DNA from: an uncultured delta proteobacterium
GTDB taxonomy: Bacteria; Desulfobacterota; Binatia; Binatales; Binataceae
Assembly: GCA_963724765.1 (NCBI GenBank)
Contig: CAVRVY010000003.1
Span: forward strand, 256,001-320,000
Reading direction: 5' to 3'
DNA length: 64,000 nucleotides
This document shows, piece after piece, positions 53,293 to 64,000 of this stretch. Position numbers and translations under genes: made by a program. Numbering within the stretch: position 1 is the stretch's first letter; the number at the start of each line of letters is the position of its first letter. The notes below the pieces were generated by a model that saw only the letters and a program-made list of their open reading frames with translations, was not told the DNA's origin and searched no databases.

Positions 53293-53927
53293 AGGATGGG
53301 GTACACTCCGATCGGCAGCACCTCTACTATTGCACTAGATGCAAATGGGCCTTCAGGGTCGACGACCGGTGGACTGTGGTGACGGTGACCCCTTTGGACG
53401 CGAACGGAAGTCCAATCCACACCTCGGAGGCCTCCGAGAGACTGGCAACCTTTGCCCTGGGGCCGTGTCCGGTCTTCAGCCGCCTAACAGGGGGACTGCG
53501 TCTCACGCAGGAAGTCACACCCCTTAAGACGTTTCGAGGACGCCTCGCTGCATTGATTTTGGCAGGCCACCGAGCCTGGAAAGTGAGAGTTTGGCGGCAG
53601 CGCCAATCCAGGTTCACCAGCAGCAATCAAAACCGACGCGTGCAAGGAAATGAGACTCCGCGACCAGGCTGTCGTTCAATCTTCTCGGACATTCCCTAAT
53701 TGCCCAAGGATACCAGCCAGTAATCTCTCAATCTCGTTCACGCTGACTCAGATCACAAATTGCAGCAACGTTCTGCCGAGGAGTGAAACCAAGCCAATCA
53801 TTTCTAGTTGAAAACGCTTTGGTCTTACAGGAACTGAGGCGTGGCATATTTTCTGCTCATCTCGAACGATGGAAGCACACGGTTCTCCAAGTGAAGTCCT
53901 ACTTTTTTCTCGCTCCGGAGTTATCAA

Positions 53928-54314
53928 ATGAAAAGGATAGAAGCAGTAATCACCCCTTGGGCTTTGGACGCGTTCAAGGAAGCGGCGCCTCGGCTCGGAA
54001 TCTCGGAATTCGATATAGTCCAGATCTACCGTTCGGGTGGCGCGCTGGCCGGGGGACGGCAGCAACTATACAGGGGTTGTGAGTTTACGGCCGATCTGTC
54101 TCGCTTACGGCTCGAGTTCCTGCTGTTCGATGACAAGGTGCAGGGCACTCTGCATCAGCTTTGTGAGTTGGTGCATCCGGAAAGCATTAGTGTATTTAAG
54201 CTGGACCAACACGTTCGAACCACTTCACCGACACACAGCAACTTGGAACACTTGTCTGCGGTAAGGGTCTCGACGATGAGAGCTGTCCATCAGCCCGTTC
54301 GGATACGTCATTGA
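53928..54314 (+). CDS. divergent P-II-like protein
   Basis: MKRIEAVITPWALDAFKE..LGI..YRG.EF..D; GGAG RBS. Confidence 0.65.
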   Translation: MKRIEAVITPWALDAFKEAAPRLGISEFDIVQIYRSGGALAGGRQQLYRGCEFTADLSRLRLEFLLFDDKVQGTLHQLCELVHPESISVFKLDQHVRTTSPTHSNLEHLSAVRVSTMRAVHQPVRIRH

Positions 54315-54925
54315 GCGCGGCGACAGTGACCAATCGGGCCAGAACCTACGCCTTTATGTATCGCCGATCGAGCGCGTCGCCCGTGCAAGCGTTGACGTAC
54401 AACCGGAGCAACATGCCAGATCTGCAATCTGCTCCAAGTCAGTTTCAGAACCGCTGCTCGCAGATCCGGCGGTCCGACCCAGTCCGCGTCGTCGAGGACA
54501 GCACGCTCTACGGTGCGCGTCTGGTTGCAAACCGACCGTTCAAGCCCGGAGACCTAATCCTCCCATTGATGGGCAAAACTACCGCGCCGAGCTACAGAAC
54601 TATCCAGGTCGGCGTAAGCACTCACATCGAGGGGCCTCTACTTGCGTTCATGAATCACTCGTGCCGCCCCTCAGCGATCGTCGTGACAGGCGAGCTCGCC
54701 GTTCGCGCCTGGACTGCGCTGAAATTGGGCGAGGAAATTACCTTTTTCTACCCCTCTACCGAATGGAAAATGGTGCGCCCCTTCGAATGCCTCTGTAGTG
54801 CTCCAGACTGTATAACACATGTTGCAGGTTCAGAGAGTTTATCTACCGATCTCTTTGCTCGCTATCACATGAATCCCCATATCCGGAAGTTGGCAGCCGA
54901 AGCGCTCGCATACGTGGCCGTATGA
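54311..54925 (+). CDS. SET-domain protein with post-SET Cys motif
   Basis: FMNHSCRP, GEEITFFY, FECLCSAPDC; start uncertain. Confidence 0.85.
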   Translation: MSAATVTNRARTYAFMYRRSSASPVQALTYNRSNMPDLQSAPSQFQNRCSQIRRSDPVRVVEDSTLYGARLVANRPFKPGDLILPLMGKTTAPSYRTIQVGVSTHIEGPLLAFMNHSCRPSAIVVTGELAVRAWTALKLGEEITFFYPSTEWKMVRPFECLCSAPDCITHVAGSESLSTDLFARYHMNPHIRKLAAEALAYVAV

Positions 54926-55559
54926 TGGAGCACCCACCGTAACTACAGCGCTGGAGCTTTTCGGTCTCGAGGCAGAGGACCCTTAGCGCCTTCCCATTCG
55001 CGACACCGGTCTCCCTGTTCGACAGTGCCTGCCGGTTATCGCGCAGCCTGGCGCGTTCCGGCTAGGAACTAAAGGCGCGATCTCACCGGGCCGTGACTCC
55101 ACAACGCCTTCCATATCCGACCTGAAAGCTACCTGACATCCGCGTCTACTGCCTCAAGATACACTCTGAGGCCGCAATAGACTTTCGACACGCACTCGGC
55201 GATGCCACACCACTCGGGGCATCATCGGCATCAATCAGGCAGGCCGCAAGCACCGGCGTCGTACATTTGTGCGGCTGTGACGGCTTGCCTAGTGCCCACG
55301 CATCTGCCTTCTCTACGAGCAGCGTATTGCTCGAAACACAAACAGTATCGACAGTCACTTATCTTCCACAATGCACTTCGGGTTGAGTATGCGCCGATGC
55401 ACAATGCACAGGCGTGTAACCGGGACTATTAATAGAGCACTCAGTTAGTATTCTCTCTCGCATTGCAAGTAGCACTGGATATAGCGGCACCGCAACTGAC
55501 ACCCCTGGAACATAATTTGCTCCTCCGCAACGTCATCACACCGAGGCAGGGAGGACACT

Positions 55560-55655
55560 ATGAATCTCTCGATATGGTTGCCCGTTACATTTGCGCTTGG
55601 GCTATGTGGCTTGGGTCTTTGCTACGTTTTTCTCATTGGCTGCCAGCGGATCTAG
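55560..55655 (+). CDS. 31-aa membrane peptide upstream of kdpF
   Basis: GGAGG RBS; MNLSIWLPVTFALGLCGLGLCYVFLIGCQRI. Confidence 0.6.
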   Translation: MNLSIWLPVTFALGLCGLGLCYVFLIGCQRI

Positions 55656-55665
55656 AGAGACGATC

Positions 55666-55746
55666 ATGATTTACCTGACCGCCATTGTTGCGGCCCTGAC
55701 ATTTGGATATTTGCTCATGGCGATGATACGGCCGGAGCGATTCTAG
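55666..55746 (+). CDS. kdpF: K+-transporting ATPase subunit F
   Basis: MIYLTAIVAALTFGYLLMAMIRPERF with the YL...PERF signature. Confidence 0.88.
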   Translation: MIYLTAIVAALTFGYLLMAMIRPERF

Positions 55747-55781
55747 GCGCAATCTGAAACTCTCGCAGAGGAAGAAGTGCG

Positions 55782-57599
55782 ATGTGGCTTTTGCCAATTT
55801 CCGTACTCCTGTTTAGTGTTGCGGTCGCTTTCCCTTTGGGCTGGTATCTCGCCTGGATCATGGATGGGCACTACCGCGCGCCCCGGGCACTGAACTGGTG
55901 TGAACGGCGCGTGAATAGCGGGCCTCAGAGCTGGAAGCAGTACGCGGTAGCGTTGTTGGTGTTCAATACAGTGCTCTATGTGTTCGGGTATCTTGTCTTG
56001 GCGCTCCAGCCGTTCATGCCTTTAAACCCGAGACAACTTGGAGCGCTCGCCCCGAGCACCATCTTCAACACGGTTATCTCGTTCAGCACCAACACTGACA
56101 TTCAGCATTATTCGGGAGATGTCGTCTTTTCTAATTTTAGTCAGCTGTTCTTTTGTCTGCCGATGTTCTTTCTCTCGGCGTCCATTGGATTCTGCGCTCT
56201 GACCGCGATCATCCGGGCTTTTCGCAGCGATCCTGATGTCGGCAACTTCTTTCTCGATATGTGGCGCGTGGTGATGTATGCCTTTCTGCCCGCGGTGTTC
56301 GTTCTGAGCATTGTCTTTCTGATTCAGGGTATGCCGATGACCTTTCAGAGCGACACTCAAGTCTCGACTCTCGAGCCAGCAGCTATGGGAACTACGGACA
56401 ACGGACAGGCGAAGAAGCAGACCATTGTGGTCGGCCCGCTCGCTGCGTTTGTGCCGATGAAGATGTTGGGCACGAATGGAGGGGGCTTCTATGGAATGAA
56501 TTCGGCACATCCGTTCGAGAACCCGAATGCCGCTTCAAACTTCCTGACGACCTCATCGATGATGTGGTTCCCAATGGCGCTTGTGTTCATGTACGGACGC
56601 ATGCTGAGGAGACGTCGGCATTCTGCAATCATATTTTCGGTGATGTTCGTCCTCCTTGCAGGGACCATCCTATGGACAATTTACTTTGATACGCTCAAGC
56701 CCAACCCCGGCCTGATCTCGCACCCACATAGCACCAGTTTCGAGGTTCCCAGCGCGACCGCGCGGGGCGGAAAAAGAACCATCACTGTGCCCGCTGTGGC
56801 AGGGCTCCCGGTTGATCAACATCTCGGCAACCTCGAGGGCAAGGAGTTACGCTTTGGGACGTCGGCGGGTTCCACTTTTGCAGCGGCTACCGTCGATTTT
56901 ACCTGCGGCGCGATCATCTGCGAGCACGACAGTCTTAATCCCATGGCAGCGCTGTCGCCGTTCTTTGGAATGTGGGTCAACTGCATCTACGGCGGCAAAG
57001 GCGTCGGAATGATCAACATGTTGCTGTTTCTGATCATCGGGATCTTCGTAGTTGGACAGATGGTTGGTCGAACGCCTGAGTATTTAGGGAAGAAGATCGG
57101 TGCACGAGAAGTGAAACTCGCCTTGATCGCGTTGTTGGTGCATCCATTAATCATTCTCGGCCCAGCGGGATTGTTTGCCGCCACGAGTTGGGGGATGAAG
57201 GCTGAGAGCAATCCAGGCGCACATGGACTGTCTCAGATTGTTTACCAGTTTTCCTCGGACTCGGCCAACAACGGTTCCGCGTTCGACGGACTCGGTGTCA
57301 CTTATGGTCTGAACAACAACCCAAGTCCCGCGCCCGAGGCTGTTCCATGGGACATAGCGGCGGGATTTGTCATCATGTTCGGGCGATTCCTGCCCATTCT
57401 GGCTCCGATCGCGATGGCCGGCTTTTTGGGAATGAAAAAGAGCACGCCATTCGGGTTGGGGACACTGCGCGACGACACCTTCACCTTCGGATGCCTTCTG
57501 TTCGGCACGATAGTGATCGTCGGCGCGTTATTGTTCTTGCCAGTCGCCGCGCTTGGGCCAGTGGCGGAGCACTTGGGTCCGATTCCCTTTGGCGGTTAG
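55782..57599 (+). CDS. kdpA: K+-transporting ATPase subunit A
   Basis: TNTDIQHYSG, GTNGGG, NLEGKELRFG, GRTPEYLGKK, NNGSAF. Confidence 0.97.
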   Translation: MWLLPISVLLFSVAVAFPLGWYLAWIMDGHYRAPRALNWCERRVNSGPQSWKQYAVALLVFNTVLYVFGYLVLALQPFMPLNPRQLGALAPSTIFNTVISFSTNTDIQHYSGDVVFSNFSQLFFCLPMFFLSASIGFCALTAIIRAFRSDPDVGNFFLDMWRVVMYAFLPAVFVLSIVFLIQGMPMTFQSDTQVSTLEPAAMGTTDNGQAKKQTIVVGPLAAFVPMKMLGTNGGGFYGMNSAHPFENPNAASNFLTTSSMMWFPMALVFMYGRMLRRRRHSAIIFSVMFVLLAGTILWTIYFDTLKPNPGLISHPHSTSFEVPSATARGGKRTITVPAVAGLPVDQHLGNLEGKELRFGTSAGSTFAAATVDFTCGAIICEHDSLNPMAALSPFFGMWVNCIYGGKGVGMINMLLFLIIGIFVVGQMVGRTPEYLGKKIGAREVKLALIALLVHPLIILGPAGLFAATSWGMKAESNPGAHGLSQIVYQFSSDSANNGSAFDGLGVTYGLNNNPSPAPEAVPWDIAAGFVIMFGRFLPILAPIAMAGFLGMKKSTPFGLGTLRDDTFTFGCLLFGTIVIVGALLFLPVAALGPVAEHLGPIPFGG

Positions 57600-57665
57600 C
57601 GACTTTGTCGGTACCGCATGCGCCGCGGCGACATGTAAACGAATTATCGATTGGAGAGCAGAGTA

Positions 57666-59825
57666 ATGGGAGCAGCGGTAAAATCGATACCAGCCACAGA
57701 GACACCTGAACAGCCGCGTCCGCCGCGGCGAAGCAGAAGCCGTAAGCTGTTCGAACCGGAGTTGGTCCAACAGGCGCTGAAGCAATCATTCGTCATGCTT
57801 CGACCGGAAATCCAATGGTCCAATCCCGTCATGTTTGTAGTCGAGATCGGCGCGGTGCTCACTTTCCTCTTTATAGTGCAAGTGCAGGCGCTAGTGAGCA
57901 CTTCAGCCAGCCAGGTTCCGATCACCTATTTTGTCGCACTCGACGTGTGGCTCTTCCTGACAGTTCTATTCGCAAATTTTGCGACCGCGCTCGCCGAGGC
58001 ACGCGGCAAGGCCCAGGCAGAGTCCCTGCGGAGGACTCGCGGTGAAACTCCAGCGTTTCGTATAAGGGGCGAAAGCATGGAGGAGGTCCTCTCGACCGAC
58101 CTCAAGCCGGGCGATCAGGTTGTAGTGGCCGCAGGTCAAGTCATTCCGAGCGACGGCGAGATAATCCAGGGAATCGCATCAGTTGACGAATCTGCCATTA
58201 CTGGCGAGTCGGCTCCGGTGATTCGCGAAGCCGGCGGCGATCGTTCAGGAGTTACCGGAGGAACGAGGGTTATCTCCGATCGGATCGTGGTGAAGATCAC
58301 GGCGCTTCCAGGGCAGTCGTTTCTTGATCGAATGATCGCGCTCGTCGAGGGTGCCGTTCGCCAGAAAACGCCAAACGAGATCGCGCTCACGTTGGCACTG
58401 TCCGGCCTGAGTCTCGCCTTTTTGATCGTGGTAATTCCGCTCTGGCCGATGGCCTGGAACGCGGAGCAATACATGATGGGTTATCTGGGAATTTCGGAGC
58501 CGTTGAAAAGTCTAGGCACCGACGTTCCAACGCTGGTAGCCTTATTGGTTTGCCTGATACCTACGACGATCGGCGCACTGCTCGCCGCGATCGGAATTGC
58601 CGGTATGGATCGCGCGCTCCAAGCCAACATTATTGCGAAGAGCGGTAAGGCAGTCGAGACGGCAGGCGACATCGATACTGTACTGCTCGACAAAACGGGC
58701 ACGATTACCATCGGCAATCGACACGCCACCGGCTTCGAGTCCCTGGGCAACTATTCGCAACTAGCACTCGCACAGCTAGCGGCACTGGCATCGGCTTCCG
58801 ACGAGACGCCGGAAGGAAAAAGCATAGTTCGCGCGGCGCAGGCGTTAGGAGTCGGGGCCAAAGAGCTGACCGCGCCGACCGGCGCCCGGTTTATCGCTTT
58901 CAGCGCACAGACCCGAATGAGCGGAGTTGATCTACCGAACGGAACTTTTATCCGCAAGGGCGCGCCCGACGCGGTCATCGCATTTGCACAAAGTAAAGGC
59001 GGGATTATTCCTGCGAGCTTGCAATACACAGTCGACTCGATCGCTTCCAAGGGCGCCACACCGCTGATTGTCGCAGAAAACTCGAAGATCGCCGGTGTGG
59101 TCGTACTCGAGGACGTTCTTAAGCCGGGAATGCGCGAGCGCTTCGAGCGACTTCGGAGAATGGGACTCCGAACGGTAATGATTACCGGTGACAATCCGCT
59201 CACGGCCGCGACGATAGCGAAGCAGGCGGGCCTCGATGACTTTGTTGCCCAGGCGACACCTGAATCAAAGCTCGCCTACATACGCAAAGAGCAAGCTGAA
59301 GGCAAGCTCGTGGCGATGATGGGCGATGGTACCAATGACGCACCAGCCCTGGCCCAAGCCGACGTCGGGTTAGCCATGAATTCCGGCACTCAGGCCGCGA
59401 AGGAAGCCGGCAACATGGTTGATCTCGACTCCGATCCGACCAAGTTGATCGAGGTCGTGGAGATCGGGAAGCAACTCCTCATGACTCGCGGCGCACTCAC
59501 CACGTTCTCGGTCGCCAACGATGTAGCCAAGTATTTCGCGATCGTGCCCGCACTGTTTGCCGGCACGCTGCCCTGGTTGAAAACGATGGATATCATGCAT
59601 TTGCATTCGCCAACCTCGGCGATCCTGTCAGCGGTAATTTTCAACGCGGTCATAATTCCTTCGCTTATTCCCGTAGCCCTGCGAGGAGTGACCTATCAAC
59701 CCCTCGGAGCAGACGCGTTGCTGCGGAGAAACCTGCTCGTTTGGGGTGTCGGTGGCGTCATTCTGCCGTTCGCAGGTATCAAGCTCATCGATGTAATCAT
59801 GGGCGCCATGCACCTCGTCGCTTAG
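57666..59825 (+). CDS. kdpB: K+-transporting ATPase subunit B
   Basis: TGES, CLIPTTIG, DKTGT, GDGTNDAPAL. Confidence 0.98.
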   Translation: MGAAVKSIPATETPEQPRPPRRSRSRKLFEPELVQQALKQSFVMLRPEIQWSNPVMFVVEIGAVLTFLFIVQVQALVSTSASQVPITYFVALDVWLFLTVLFANFATALAEARGKAQAESLRRTRGETPAFRIRGESMEEVLSTDLKPGDQVVVAAGQVIPSDGEIIQGIASVDESAITGESAPVIREAGGDRSGVTGGTRVISDRIVVKITALPGQSFLDRMIALVEGAVRQKTPNEIALTLALSGLSLAFLIVVIPLWPMAWNAEQYMMGYLGISEPLKSLGTDVPTLVALLVCLIPTTIGALLAAIGIAGMDRALQANIIAKSGKAVETAGDIDTVLLDKTGTITIGNRHATGFESLGNYSQLALAQLAALASASDETPEGKSIVRAAQALGVGAKELTAPTGARFIAFSAQTRMSGVDLPNGTFIRKGAPDAVIAFAQSKGGIIPASLQYTVDSIASKGATPLIVAENSKIAGVVVLEDVLKPGMRERFERLRRMGLRTVMITGDNPLTAATIAKQAGLDDFVAQATPESKLAYIRKEQAEGKLVAMMGDGTNDAPALAQADVGLAMNSGTQAAKEAGNMVDLDSDPTKLIEVVEIGKQLLMTRGALTTFSVANDVAKYFAIVPALFAGTLPWLKTMDIMHLHSPTSAILSAVIFNAVIIPSLIPVALRGVTYQPLGADALLRRNLLVWGVGGVILPFAGIKLIDVIMGAMHLVA

Positions 59826-59847
59826 CGCGACAGTAGAAGGATAGGCG

Positions 59848-60870
59848 GTGATGAAAATTTACATAAAGAAAAGTCTCTGGCTGTTGGGCTCCACAGTAGT
59901 TATTTGTTGTTTGATCTATCCGCTGATAGTATGGGCAATCGGACAGACGCTTTTTCCATTTGCAGCGAACGGGAGCATGGTGACCGGGCCGGATGGCAAA
60001 CCCGTCGGCTCGCTCCTGATCGCTCAACCGTTCACCAAGGATGAATACTTCTGGCCGCGGCCCTCGGCAGCGTCATACGACGCGTCCGCGTCCGCCTCAT
60101 CCACACTCGCTGCTTCCAACTATTTGCTCCGCGATCGCGTGGCGCGGATGCTCGGTCCGATCGTAAAGTATCAGAGTGGTCCAAAGGCTGGACAATTGGT
60201 CGCTCCAGACATAGAGGCGTGGTTTCAAGGAGATCGCTACCAAGGTAACCCGCATCTAGTCGCACAATGGGCCGATAACCATAATGAGCTCGCGCAGAGC
60301 TGGGTGAGCGCGGATCCGTCGCACGCTCAATATATCAGCGACTGGGCAAAGGCCCACAAACGAGAGGTCGTGGATTGGATAAAGCAGAACCCGGGGACTC
60401 CTAATCCGCAGCCGCCGGATCTAGCAGGGATCTTCTTCGACAACTTCTCCAAGGAGCATCCGGGCAAATTTCCCTCGCAGGTCACGACGCAGTCGCCAAA
60501 CGGCAAGACTCAAACCGTGATCGCGCCGGTTGCAAATGGCTCGGATATCCAGTCGACCTTTTTCGACATGTGGCGGCAGGACCATCCGGATGCTGACCTC
60601 GCCAATGTGCCTGGCGACATGGTGACGACTTCAGGCTCTGGTCTGGATCCCGACATCACACTGGACAATGCGGAATATCAACTCGACCGGGTGGCGTCGA
60701 AATGGGCAGCGGATCTGAAGCGGGCACCCGTTCAGGTTCGCAGTGAAATCAACACCATCATCCGAACTGATGTGTATTCACCGATGGGCGGACTATTCGG
60801 CGAGAAGATGGTCAATGTGCTGCAGCTCAACCTCGAATTGCGCAAACGCTACGGAGCCCCCCAAGGTTAG
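59848..60870 (+). CDS. kdpC: K+-transporting ATPase subunit C, extended form
   Basis: ANGS, LIAQPF..YFWPRPS, DMVTTSGSGLDPDI, VNVLQLNL; 340 aa. Confidence 0.92.
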   Translation: MMKIYIKKSLWLLGSTVVICCLIYPLIVWAIGQTLFPFAANGSMVTGPDGKPVGSLLIAQPFTKDEYFWPRPSAASYDASASASSTLAASNYLLRDRVARMLGPIVKYQSGPKAGQLVAPDIEAWFQGDRYQGNPHLVAQWADNHNELAQSWVSADPSHAQYISDWAKAHKREVVDWIKQNPGTPNPQPPDLAGIFFDNFSKEHPGKFPSQVTTQSPNGKTQTVIAPVANGSDIQSTFFDMWRQDHPDADLANVPGDMVTTSGSGLDPDITLDNAEYQLDRVASKWAADLKRAPVQVRSEINTIIRTDVYSPMGGLFGEKMVNVLQLNLELRKRYGAPQG

Positions 60871-61037
60871 TCTAGTCAGTTGAGACGACCTGCTCATCTA
60901 TTGTCGCGCTGCGGAGCCTTTCGGTTCAAGTGTCGCTCGCAAGTCGCGCCTGTCGCCCTCGGGCGTTTAAGAAAGCGCGATTGTCCAACATTTGAAGTTC
61001 TCGGAGGGCGACTTGTAGCGTGACGAGAAGCGGGTCA

Positions 61038-61937
<900 letters not shown>

Positions 61938-62302
61938 TTATTACGCGGTTCTTGACTTACTGGCCTGATCGATTTGATGTTAGGCGCAATCGGTGATGGG
62001 GTTCCACCGCGAACCGCTCCCTAGTGAGCTGATGACCCCTACTGGTGATAAACACAGGTAGGGGCTTTTCTTTATGAAGGGCTCTACCGGAAAGACGGAG
62101 CCTTTTTTGATCGTAAGCATCCTGCATTTGCAGATTTTCGGACGTTCCGCAGGCGCCTGCCCGCGCCTTCACCGTGGTTGGGAGGACAATGCTTCATGAC
62201 GACGCGACACTCGCTGAACTGGCGCGTAGGCTCAGATCGCTGCTCGGGGGGATATTGCTGTGATCGAGGCAATCGCAATCGGCGCTCCGGCGATTCCGGT
62301 CC

Positions 62303-62644
62303 GTGAACTTCTGTTTGAGAGAGATCCCCTCCGGGATTTTTGAACCGCGACGGCGAGCGATTCAGGCGCTCGCTGTGCTTAAGGCTGCGAACGCGTTGAA
62401 TGGGTTTGTTGGAGGTTGGAAGCCAGCCTCAGACCCGGTCGAGCGTTTCGGAGACGAGGCCGTACTTGGCGCTGCCGCCAGGGCCCTTGGCGCGACCTTG
62501 GACAAAGGGACGTACTCTATACTTCTATCCGTTGCTCAAAGGTATCCGGTGCCTGGAATCATTGAAGCACTGGGATACTACAGACGCGTCGAATCGATTC
62601 CGATACTGGTCGCGCACGATTCAAACGATTACTACGAAGAGTGA
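62303..62644 (+). CDS. hypothetical protein
   Basis: 113-aa ORF upstream of the dynamin-like gene. Confidence 0.35.
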   Translation: MNFCLREIPSGIFEPRRRAIQALAVLKAANALNGFVGGWKPASDPVERFGDEAVLGAAARALGATLDKGTYSILLSVAQRYPVPGIIEALGYYRRVESIPILVAHDSNDYYEE

Positions 62645-62687
62645 AAGCGAGCGGGTCTGCGAAGCTCGACGCTCGGGACTGATCGAT

Positions 62688-63787
62688 ATGTCAGAAGCAG
62701 CGTCGCAGGTGGCCGATGTCGCGGGTGATGCGATCCGCCACTACGACGATCTCCAACTTCAGATCGCCACAATCGCGCAGACGGCGATGCTTCAGTGTGG
62801 GAAGGACAAGGACCCGGAAGGCGAACGCGTTTTCCAGCATTTGCTGGCGCGTTTGGTGGAGGATCGCTTCAACCTCGCCGTCGTCGGTCCTTTTAGCCGC
62901 GGCAAGAGCAGCCTGATGAACGCAATCCTGGGATTCGACGGCCTGCCTATCGGCATTCTCTCCCACACCTCGGTCATCACGACAGTGAGCTATGGGCCAC
63001 GGGACCGTGTTCTTGTTCGATGCGATGGGTGGTCGCTTTCTGAAGAAATTCGACTGGAGCAACTCGCACAATATGTTAGTGAACGCGGAAATCCCGGAAA
63101 TCAAAGGCGCGTGGCTCTGGCTGAGATCGAATTACCCGTTGAGATTCTGCGGCACGGCCTCCACTTCATCGATACGCCCGGTCTTAATTCGGCTATCGTT
63201 GCGAATACGGAAACAACCGAGCGGTTCCTCCCGGAGATAGATGCCGCAACATTCGTCTCCAGCTTCGATTTCGCCCTTAGCGAGGCCGACATCGATTTCC
63301 TCCGAAGGATTCGCGCGGCCGTCGGTGTCGTGTTCTTCGTCCTCAACAAATTGGATCTCGTCTCGGAATCCGAGCGCGAAGAAGTCGCGAGATTCGTCCG
63401 CGAACGGGTGGATCGTGAACTGGGCTTCGGACGCCACGCCCTCTTTACCGTCTCCGCGAAGCGCGGGCTTGAGGCGAGACTGCACGGCGACTCGAGGGCC
63501 CTAGCTCAGTCAGGGTTGGCTGAACGGGAAGCCGCGCTGGCGGCGTTCATGACCGGCGCAAGACTCGCCAGTTGGCGGTGCGCATGATGGACCGGCTCAT
63601 TGCCCTACTGCAACGCGAACGCGCGCATGCCGGTTTCGCACTAACCACAAACCGGTCGCCTGAGGAGATCTCCGTGAAGCGCATCAAGTCGGACTCGGTA
63701 AACTTTCGGGCGACAGGCGGTTGGCCTTGGCGCAGAGGGAAGATGATCGATTCTGAGCGAAGTCAGAGCGCTGGAACGCATCGATAG
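62688..63787 (+). pseudogene. bacterial dynamin-like GTPase, frameshifted after ~63570
   Basis: GPFSRGKSSLMNA, DTPG, NKLD, VSAK motifs; reading frame breaks after the GTPase domain. Confidence 0.75.
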
Positions 63788-64000
63788 CTCAATGGGGTTG
63801 TTGGATGAATTCGCGACAAGGACTCGAAGAACGTGATCTTGAAGCGGCCGAAGCGGGCGAACCGTGGCTTAATCGCAACGTTGTTGGAATGGGAGTCTCT
63901 AGTTTGCTCTCAGACTGGGGCCACGAGATGGCGACCGCGGTCCTGCCGCTGTTTATCGTGACGATCGGTGCGTCCGCTGCCGCTCTGGGGGTAATTGAAG

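Overview
High-GC bacterial chromosome segment in three parts. The gene content (LLM oxidoreductase, Rieske oxygenase, CaiB, short ProRS) is reminiscent of Binatota/Deltaproteobacteria-like soil bacteria, which is an inference. (1) 1-26.9 kb is housekeeping and metabolic core: topA, dprA, pyrF, alkA-like, a Rieske/SDR islet, a peptide ABC transporter, VIT1, peroxiredoxin, two SIMPL genes, proS, a CoA-transferase, trpS, nfo, nadK, recN and tRNA-Ala(GGC). (2) A ~19.8 kb element is integrated at the tRNA-Ala 3' half, bounded by a perfect 59-bp direct repeat (26873-26931 / 46666-46724). It has a tyrosine integrase, two AlpA/Xis-like HTH proteins, a phage-type replication initiator with internal iterons, SSB, a frameshifted beta-clamp homolog, an SLT-domain ejection-like protein and a candidate ADP-ribosyltransferase toxin operon, but no recognisable capsid, terminase or conjugation genes. 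The most striking feature is 11 copies of the 14-bp palindrome CCTATGCGCATAGG. All lie inside the element, all are at gene or module boundaries, and I saw none outside it. (3) 46.7-64 kb is an older, decaying accessory region. It starts with a remnant of a second element (TerS-like gene flanked by a different palindrome, TACTTTCGAAAGTA), followed by P-II-like genes, an orphan Pycsar-like cNMP domain, IS630 plus a MITE, a SET protein, kdpFABC, and enolase and dynamin pseudogenes.
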